Source: Candidatus Kaiserbacteria bacterium CG10_big_fil_rev_8_21_14_0_10_47_16
GTDB lineage: Bacteria > Patescibacteriota > Minisyncoccia > Phycocordibacterales > UBA918
Assembly: GCA_002773395.1 (NCBI GenBank)
Contig: PFBI01000006.1
Span: forward strand, 242,797-306,796
Direction of reading: 5' to 3'
DNA: 64,000 nt
Made by a program: the position numbers and the translations under genes. How positions within the stretch are numbered: the first letter of the stretch is position 1; every line of letters begins with the position of its first letter. This document shows, piece after piece, positions 57,201-64,000 of this stretch. The notes below the pieces were generated by a model. It was given only the letters and a program-made list of their open reading frames with translations, was not told where the DNA came from and did not search any database.

Positions 57201-57313
57201 AGGGTCAAGTTGCTAAGTACAATTCTGCGCTACGCTTGAATTCTACTAAGCACTTCCTCCCCGGCCTCGCTGGTTCGGGACATTAGGAATAGTCCCTCAC
57301 ATCGCTCCGGCTC
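57201..57313. repeat. Modular hairpin repeat, family B
   Basis: Near-identical to 45662-45731, then a different inner hairpin. Confidence 0.8.
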
Positions 57314-57373
57314 ATAAAAGATATTGAGGTAGTATAAACAAAAAACCATCCCCGGAGGGATGGTTTTTTGTTT

Positions 57374-59545
57374 TTACTCTTCAACCTCAATATCTTTTAT
57401 GCCGCGTTCTTTCTTGATCTCCATTGCGATGTTTGGTGGCACTACTGCGTAGTGGTCAAATTCCATCACCATGTTTGCACGACCTTCAGTCATTGAGCGA
57501 AGTGTCGTTGTGTAGCCAAACATTTCTGAGAGTGGGACTTTCGCATTGATAACCTTCACCATATCGCGGTCTTCCATTCCTTCTACGAGACCACGCTTTG
57601 ATGAGATGTTTCCGTTTACGTCACCCATGAATTTCTCAGGAGTCGTCACTTCAATCTTCATTACCGGCTCAAGGAGCACTGCGTTTGCTCGCTTGGCAGC
57701 AATCTTGAACGCATTGATAGCGGCAAGTTTGAAGGCAATTTCAGAAGAGTCCACATCATGGAAACTACCGTCGTATAGTTCGACAGTCACATCTTCCATT
57801 TTGTATCCTGCAACGAGACCTCGTCCCATCGCTTCTTTCGCTCCCTTCATGACCGCAGGAATGTATTCCCCAGGAATCGCACCTCCCTTGATACTGTTTA
57901 CGAATTCGAAGTGATCTTCACGTGTTACGTTTTTCGCAACTTCTTCACCTTCTGCAAGCGGCTTCATTGGGCGGATACGAATCTTCACGTGACCGTACTG
58001 TCCGCGACCTCCTGACTGCTTTACATACTTGTATTCTGCCTCTGCTTCGTTCTGAATCGTTTCTCGGTATGCTACCTGCGGCTTTCCTGTTGATGCTTCT
58101 ACACCGAACTCTCGCTTCATACGGTCCACAAGAATTTCGAGATGAAGCTCACCCATACCTGCAATAATAGTCTCGAGTGTTTCATCGTCGGTAGAAACCT
58201 TGAATGTTGGGTCCTCGTCAGAAAGTTTCTTGAGGGCCATACCCATCTTTTCTTGGTCATTCTTTGTCTTTGGTTCAATACGCATTGCAACCACTGGTTC
58301 TGGGAAGACGATTTGTTCAAGAATAATCGGTGCATCTTCAGTACAGAGTGTGTGTGAAGTCTTCACATCTTTGAGACCTACACCGGCTGCAATTTCTCCT
58401 GCGTATACTTCCTCCACTTCTTCACGCTTATCAGCCTGAAGACGTACGATACGTCCAAGACGCTCCTTCTCGCCTGTTGAAGCGTTGAAGATGTAGCTTC
58501 CTGACTTTACCGTACCTGAGTACACACGGAAGAAGGCGAGTTGCCCAACGAATGGGTCAGTTTGGAGTTTGAACGCGAGCGCACAAAACGGTGACGTGTC
58601 AGATGCGATACGAGTTTCTTCTGCGTCAGTCTTTGGATTTGTTCCTAATACTGGCGGAAGATCGAGTGGCGATGGGAGGTAGTCCACCACTGCGTCGAGA
58701 ATACGCTGTACACCAACGTTCTTGAGTGCAGAACCAGTCATCACAGGGAAGATGGCATTCGCAATCACCGCCTTTCGGAGTGTTGCTTGGAGCTCATCGT
58801 AGCTTGGTTCATTTCCCTCAAGGTACGCACTCATTTGTTCGTCGTCGTTTTCAACGATACGTTCAACGAGTTCACCGTGGTACTTCTCTGCTTCAGCTCG
58901 GAGTTCATCAGGAATTTCGTGCTCAAGTACGTTCATTCCCATATCACCCTCAAATGTGTATGCCTTCATCTTGAGAAGGTCGATAACACCCTTCAGGTTT
59001 TCTTCAGATCCCCATGGGAGTTGGAATCGTACTGCCTTTGGAGAGAGTCGCTTGATGATTGTTTGGTATGACCGTTCATAGTCAGCACCGGTACGATCCA
59101 TCTTGTTGATGAAACAAATACGCGGCACTCCGGCTTCGTCAGCGTATCGCCAGTTCGTTTCAGATTGTGGCTCTACACCCGCAACACCGTCAAACACAAC
59201 AATCGCTCCGTCGAGTACACGCATCGATCGCTTTACTTCAGCAGTAAAGTCGATGTGTCCCGGAGTATCGATGATGTTGAACGTGAATTTGTGTTCTTTT
59301 GAGGTACGGTCTGGGTTGAGTGATGGCGTCCAATCACATGAAATCGCAGCAGCCGTAATCGTGATACCACGTTCACGCTCCTGATCCATCCAGTCAGTAA
59401 CTGTTTCTCCATCATGCACCTCACCAATCTTGTGACTCATTCCGGTATAGAAAAGCACGCGCTCTGATGTCGTGGTTTTTCCTGCGTCTACGTGCGCAAC
59501 AATACCAAAGTTGCGAAGTCTCTCGAGTGGATATTTTCGAGCCAT
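57374..59545 (-). CDS. fusA: Elongation factor G
   Basis: [35 protein letters not shown]. Confidence 0.98.
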   Translation of the reverse strand: MARKYPLERLRNFGIVAHVDAGKTTTSERVLFYTGMSHKIGEVHDGETVTDWMDQERERGITITAAAISCDWTPSLNPDRTSKEHKFTFNIIDTPGHIDFTAEVKRSMRVLDGAIVVFDGVAGVEPQSETNWRYADEAGVPRICFINKMDRTGADYERSYQTIIKRLSPKAVRFQLPWGSEENLKGVIDLLKMKAYTFEGDMGMNVLEHEIPDELRAEAEKYHGELVERIVENDDEQMSAYLEGNEPSYDELQATLRKAVIANAIFPVMTGSALKNVGVQRILDAVVDYLPSPLDLPPVLGTNPKTDAEETRIASDTSPFCALAFKLQTDPFVGQLAFFRVYSGTVKSGSYIFNASTGEKERLGRIVRLQADKREEVEEVYAGEIAAGVGLKDVKTSHTLCTEDAPIILEQIVFPEPVVAMRIEPKTKNDQEKMGMALKKLSDEDPTFKVSTDDETLETIIAGMGELHLEILVDRMKREFGVEASTGKPQVAYRETIQNEAEAEYKYVKQSGGRGQYGHVKIRIRPMKPLAEGEEVAKNVTREDHFEFVNSIKGGAIPGEYIPAVMKGAKEAMGRGLVAGYKMEDVTVELYDGSFHDVDSSEIAFKLAAINAFKIAAKRANAVLLEPVMKIEVTTPEKFMGDVNGNISSKRGLVEGMEDRDMVKVINAKVPLSEMFGYTTTLRSMTEGRANMVMEFDHYAVVPPNIAMEIKKERGIKDIEVEE

Positions 59546-59615
59546 AATAATAACTAAATCAATAATTTACTTTGTAATACCTCCCTTTTGGTGTTACGCA
59601 AAAGAAACGCCGGTA

Positions 59616-59805
59616 GAGCATGTATGAAAACCTGTCGCAATCTAAAGATGAAAAATGCTCGTGCGAAGCGCCGGTGTGGAGGACGAGTTGAACACTGGTT
59701 CAACGAATCCAAACACCAAGCTGCAGCCGAGCAGTTTGCATCGACGATGCGAAACAGAGCTACGCATACCCCTAAAAACCTTGTGTCAGGTTTTCAGATA
59801 TGCTC
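59616..59805. mobile_element. 190-bp MITE-like element with 19-bp terminal inverted repeats
   Basis: GAGCATGTATGAAAACCTG / CAGGTTTTCAGATATGCTC (17/19); internal hairpin resembles 13653-13780. Confidence 0.7.
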
Positions 59806-59859
59806 GTGGCTATTGGGCGATACTATACGGTATTTATGCAGTAAGAGCAACTGGGAATT

Positions 59860-60519
59860 CTACTCTCCTTCTGGTGCAAGGGGGTACTTTTTCATCACTT
59901 CCTCTTTAAACCACTCAGTCTCAATGAGTGCACGTGTCCACGCTTCCACTTTCGGGAAATCAGTAAAATCGAATTCTCCCTCTCGCGTCCGCATGATCTG
60001 ACGAATAAATGGAATAACCGCAATATCTGCGAGCGTGAGCCGTTCATCCACGAGAAAAGAATGTCCGGTCAGTTGTAGTTCTAGTTTCTCGACACGTTGT
60101 CTGAGTGCTGCGGTGTGCGCTATATGTTTTTCTGGGTCAAACTGGAGCTGTTCTCCATACTTATACAAATCAATCATCGGCTTCAACTCGTCAGCACACC
60201 AGGCGAGCCACGTCTGCATTTCTTGATACTCACCCGTTCCCTCGTCCGGTATATACTCGCGACTACCGTGATGCGTGTCCAAAAAAATATTTATATCATC
60301 TGATTCGGGAATGACAGTCTCGCTCCCATCCTCCGCCACAATACGCAGAAGCGGCACTCGCGGTCGTTCTCCGTTTTTCTCTGCCCATTCTTGCAACCAC
60401 TTCGTCCACGCGCGGAGCGGTTCTTCTACCACCTCATACGGAACACCCTTGAGGTGCATCATAATGCGTACCCGAATACAAAACGGGCAGCGGCGGTAAC
60501 TGTGCAGTATGTATTTCAT
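59860..60519 (-). CDS. Glutathione S-transferase family protein
   Basis: SYRRCPFC, VP.L, ESDDI, LADIAVIPFIRQ. Confidence 0.88.
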   Translation of the reverse strand: MKYILHSYRRCPFCIRVRIMMHLKGVPYEVVEEPLRAWTKWLQEWAEKNGERPRVPLLRIVAEDGSETVIPESDDINIFLDTHHGSREYIPDEGTGEYQEMQTWLAWCADELKPMIDLYKYGEQLQFDPEKHIAHTAALRQRVEKLELQLTGHSFLVDERLTLADIAVIPFIRQIMRTREGEFDFTDFPKVEAWTRALIETEWFKEEVMKKYPLAPEGE

Positions 60520-60719
60520 AACAATAGTATATGTATACTACATGAAATACCTGTGGATGCCTTTTCTCAAAGAGTGCGGTAATCCCCTTTTGTCTTTCAA
60601 GCTCCATATTTAGGTGAGATACAAGGCAAACAAGAAAAAAGACCCGAATCGTACTCTGTCGTACGGTGAGGGTCTTTTTTCGTAGTTTAACGAAGGAGAT
60701 CGCTAAATATGGAGCTTGA

Positions 60720-61193
60720 TTACCAAGCGAAGTGAGCAAATGCTCGGTTCGCCTCAGCCATCTTGTGTGTATCTTCCTTCTTCTTCACTGCTGCACCTTC
60801 CTCACGTGCTGCCATCATAATTTCTTGCGCGAGTGCTTTGTGCATTGGGACACCTTTCTGTCCGCGTGCTGCAGTAATAATCCAACGGAATGCGAGTGCG
60901 AGACGTCGTTCTGGACGTACTTCTCGTGGAACTTGATAGTTCGCACCTCCCACACGTCGTGAACGTACTTCCATCTGCGGACCTGCGTTCTGGATCGCTG
61001 TTTCAAAAACAGTGAGTGGATCCCCGCCACCTTCTTTGGCGTTCTTAATTTCTTCAAATGCTGCGTACACGATTTTTCGTGACGTTTCTTTCTGTCCGCG
61101 GATCATCACATAATTGATGAGTCGTGAGACACTTTCTGATTTATATCGTTCGTCAGCAGATACTGCTGGTCGTTTTTTTATTGGTCGTCGCAT
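60720..61193 (-). CDS. rpsG: 30S ribosomal protein S7
   Basis: [24 protein letters not shown]. Confidence 0.98.
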   Translation of the reverse strand: MRRPIKKRPAVSADERYKSESVSRLINYVMIRGQKETSRKIVYAAFEEIKNAKEGGGDPLTVFETAIQNAGPQMEVRSRRVGGANYQVPREVRPERRLALAFRWIITAARGQKGVPMHKALAQEIMMAAREEGAAVKKKEDTHKMAEANRAFAHFAW

Positions 61194-61245
61194 ATTGTTC
61201 CTATCATTTATCTATAGCGAGTATAGTCTATTTATAATGTTTTGC

Positions 61246-61659
61246 TTACGCGGCCTTTGGTCGCTTCGCACCGTATCGTGATCGTCCACGACGGCGTGCA
61301 TCTACACCCGTTGAGTCGTACTTACCTCGTACGATAGTGTAGTTCACACCGATGTCTTTCACACGGCCACCGCGCACAAGTACCACCGAGTGTTCTTGGA
61401 GAGTATGGCCTTGACCTGGGATGTACGCGGTAATTTCCTGACCGTTTGTAAGACGTACACGAGCAATCTTTCGGATCGCAGAGTTCGGCTTACGAGGAGT
61501 CTTTGTTGTTACACGAGTACACACCCCACGCTTAAATGGTGCGTTGTACTTGTTTGGTTGATTCTTTACTTTGTTGAATCCACTTTGTAGCGCCGCAACC
61601 TTTGACTTAGTCACTGGATTACGTCGCTTGTTCTTTGTAAGTTGATTGATTGTTGCCAT
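61246..61659 (-). CDS. rpsL: 30S ribosomal protein S12
   Basis: [24 protein letters not shown]. Confidence 0.98.
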   Translation of the reverse strand: MATINQLTKNKRRNPVTKSKVAALQSGFNKVKNQPNKYNAPFKRGVCTRVTTKTPRKPNSAIRKIARVRLTNGQEITAYIPGQGHTLQEHSVVLVRGGRVKDIGVNYTIVRGKYDSTGVDARRRGRSRYGAKRPKAA

Positions 61660-61732
61660 ATGTTTCTGCGAGCAAAATAAATGCCCGCGAAAGGGTGCCA
61701 GTACTCTACTATATGAGAGAAAATATGCAAGC

Positions 61733-62377
61733 TTATAGCCCGCCGAGTCCGGTCAATGCCTCAAAGATGAAATAGACGAAGGTGAAGAATGGGCCAGAAA
61801 AGAGCGTAATGAATAGGAAGATAAAGAGGAAGGTAAACAAAAGACCCATCCGTTCAATACCTGCCATAATACCGCGGTATTTCATTGCTGCGTTAAAGGG
61901 CAAGAATCCGAGAAGCACTTTTGATCCATCGAGCGGCGGAATAGGAATGAGATTAAAGAGCGCAAGGAGGATGTTGATATATACAATATATGAGCTCAAC
62001 TCTATAAAGGAACCTGAGAGTCCTAGTGGGACAGCCGCTCGAATAATAACGGCAAATATAACTGCGATGAGAATATTTATTCCGGGCCCCGCTGCTGCCA
62101 CGATGGTATCCCCCCACTTTTGGTTTCGTAAATTGTACGGATTGTACGGAACAGGCTTTGCCCATCCGAAGAGAATCCCTGCACTTGAGAGTAAGAGGAG
62201 CGCAGGTACCAACACAGAACCCACGGGGTCAATGTGCTTGATAGGATTGAGCGTAAGACGCCCTGCGAGACGAGCCGTTGGGTCACCAAGCCAGTTGGCA
62301 GCGTACCCATGAGACACCTCGTGGATGACGATTGAAAGAATGAGAACAATAATGATGGCAATACTGGTGCTGTCCAT
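61733..62377 (-). CDS. Site-2 protease (M50) family
   Basis: [21 protein letters not shown]. Confidence 0.93.
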   Translation of the reverse strand: MDSTSIAIIIVLILSIVIHEVSHGYAANWLGDPTARLAGRLTLNPIKHIDPVGSVLVPALLLLSSAGILFGWAKPVPYNPYNLRNQKWGDTIVAAAGPGINILIAVIFAVIIRAAVPLGLSGSFIELSSYIVYINILLALFNLIPIPPLDGSKVLLGFLPFNAAMKYRGIMAGIERMGLLFTFLFIFLFITLFSGPFFTFVYFIFEALTGLGGL

Positions 62378-62485
62378 AGTCCTCTTATACTACGGTATAT
62401 CGATCCTATCTCAAAATAACTGCCGGCAGCGCATATTGCGTATTTACTGCGGTGTGTTACTATGGCGCCACTAAACGAAATCCAT

Positions 62486-62728
62486 ATGGCTAAGCAATGT
62501 CCAGTAACCGGAAAGAAAACCCAGATTGGGGGACGCTACTCAAACCGCACTCGTGCGACGCAGTTTAACCCATGTGGCAAAACTCGACGTCAGCCAAATC
62601 TCCAGAAGAAGCGAATCTATATTCCTGAGCTTCAGAAGACAGTGACGGTTACTGTTTCAACAAAAGCACTTCGTACAATTGCAAAGAACGGTGCGTACGT
62701 AACACTCAAAGGAGCAGGACTTATCTAA
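62486..62728 (+). CDS. rpmB: 50S ribosomal protein L28
   Basis: MAKQCPVTGK, R..PNLQ.K, VSTKALRT. Confidence 0.92.
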   Translation: MAKQCPVTGKKTQIGGRYSNRTRATQFNPCGKTRRQPNLQKKRIYIPELQKTVTVTVSTKALRTIAKNGAYVTLKGAGLI

Positions 62729-62804
62729 GTTCACAGAGCAAAACAAAAGCCCCGCGACAGAGTCGCGGGGCTTTTGTTTTAATATGAAAAAAGAGGTGGG
62801 TATA

Positions 62805-63002
62805 TTATTCCCGCACCTCCCTCTTTTCGACGACCTTCATCGTTCGACTTTTGAAGTCGAAAATCTTTTTTGGCTGCACGAGCACGAGCGGTATCCCATC
62901 GCACTTCATACAAAATTTTTCTCCTCTCGAATGTGAAACCCCCGAGTGGCACGCACGACACATATATACGTCACGCGATATCGTCTTGGCTGATGCGTTC
63001 AT
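62805..63002 (-). CDS. Small zinc-ribbon protein (65 aa)
   Basis: AAAGGA SD; CRAC...CMKC. Confidence 0.45.
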   Translation of the reverse strand: MNASAKTISRDVYMCRACHSGVSHSRGEKFCMKCDGIPLVLVQPKKIFDFKSRTMKVVEKREVRE

Positions 63003-63030
63003 AGATCTTCCTTTCCACTTGTAGCGTACC

Positions 63031-63927
63031 TTATTTGATAGTAACTGCAATGCCATTTGATATTGCCATGATTGTCCCTTCATCAATCGTACTGTGCGTC
63101 TCCACACCATAGTTAAAGAGTGAGTCAGTCACTTCTACGTGGGGGTGCCCGTACTGATTGTTTTTCCCTGCAGAAATAATTGCATACGTTGGCGAAACTT
63201 CTGCCAAGAAGAGCTCCGATGTCGACGTACGTGAACCATGGTGCCCAACCTTGAGTACATCAGCCTTCAAGTACTCACCGTCACGAAGTACTAAATATTC
63301 TTCAATCGCTTTCGGAGAATCCCCCGTAAAGAGAAACGACGTACTTCCATACGTGAGACGAACAATGATTGATGACGTGTTACTCTCAAGCCCACTCGGA
63401 TCAATGTCAGGAAACAAAACCTCAAGCGCCGCGCCGCCGCCAAGGTCATACGTTTGACTACGGCGTGCATAGATGATTTTTGCACCTTCAGCATTCATTC
63501 CTCGTTCTACTTCTTGCCAGACTGGTGTACCGCTTTCATTCTCAGTGCGCAAAATAGTACCGACGGTGTATCTATCAAACACATCAACAAATCCTGCAAC
63601 GTGATCTTTATCAGGATGCGTCACAATCACCATATCGATATCTTTATCAAAAAATCCCATGACCGCGGAGAGCTCCCGAATCACACTACTGTCTGGCCCT
63701 GCATCAATGAGTACCTGCTCACCTGTTGGAGACACAATCAGCGTCGCGTCTCCCTGTCCAATATTTAAATAGTACATACAGAACTCACCTTCAGGGCACG
63801 ACTCGCTGCCGCCAACCGAACCGTCCCCGAATATGGCTCCGCCATATTCGGGGACATACAACACCACCGTTGCCAAAAGCAACACCCCAAGTACCACACT
63901 TCGCACCATAATTTGAGTCCGCAACAC
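63031..63927 (-). CDS. ComEC/Rec2-type metallo-beta-lactamase fold protein
   Basis: IGQGDA, THPDKDH, FTGD, KVGHHGS, YGHPH; N-terminal anchor. Confidence 0.9.
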   Translation of the reverse strand: MLRTQIMVRSVVLGVLLLATVVLYVPEYGGAIFGDGSVGGSESCPEGEFCMYYLNIGQGDATLIVSPTGEQVLIDAGPDSSVIRELSAVMGFFDKDIDMVIVTHPDKDHVAGFVDVFDRYTVGTILRTENESGTPVWQEVERGMNAEGAKIIYARRSQTYDLGGGAALEVLFPDIDPSGLESNTSSIIVRLTYGSTSFLFTGDSPKAIEEYLVLRDGEYLKADVLKVGHHGSRTSTSELFLAEVSPTYAIISAGKNNQYGHPHVEVTDSLFNYGVETHSTIDEGTIMAISNGIAVTIK

Positions 63928-64000
63928 TCATTTATTATAGAGTACGCCTCATCCACCGTTTATTTTAGGTGTGGTACAATTCCTCGACATTAGTAAGTCT

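Noticed and set aside
1-64000. CRISPR array or cas genes
   Set aside because: No regularly spaced direct repeats with unique spacers and no Cas-like ORF; the repeats found are dispersed or coding.
1-64000. Alternative genetic code (UGA recoding as in Gracilibacteria/Absconditabacteria)
   Set aside because: Conserved genes translate full length in the standard code, and TGA serves as a stop (e.g. 23469, coupled to the next start).

Overview
Core-genome window from a small-genome bacterium, most likely Patescibacteria/CPR (Parcubacteria-like). This is inferred from gene content, scarce Shine-Dalgarno sites and intergenic style; the standard genetic code fits. The right third holds the str/S10/spc ribosomal clusters, broken into pieces by inserted genes and hairpin repeats, plus rpsO and pnp. 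The left part holds ftsH, smpB-tmRNA, dnaB-recR, rplU, rmuC, a P-type ATPase, rpmG, and isolated pyrD/pyrC and purC. The best candidate for an undescribed system is a co-oriented minus-strand locus at about 22-31.7 kb. It contains an ECF sigma/anti-sigma module, two TasA/camelysin-like subunits sharing a scaffold with different Cys-bracketed lectin-like inserts, a SipW-type peptidase, a SipW-class lamin-tail protein, and a membrane-anchored TasA-like domain lacking the donor strand. Together these suggest a modular, membrane-anchored donor-strand fibre. Other oddities: an intact tRNA-Ile(UAU) nested inside an interrupted copy of itself, a direct-repeat-bounded islet at the tmRNA 3' end, a probable 6S RNA between rpsJ and rplC, several MITE/REP-like repeat families, a phased DnaA-box-like cluster, and widespread leaderless-type gene starts. 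No CRISPR array, transposase or integrase was seen. All family calls are by motif recognition; no database search was run.
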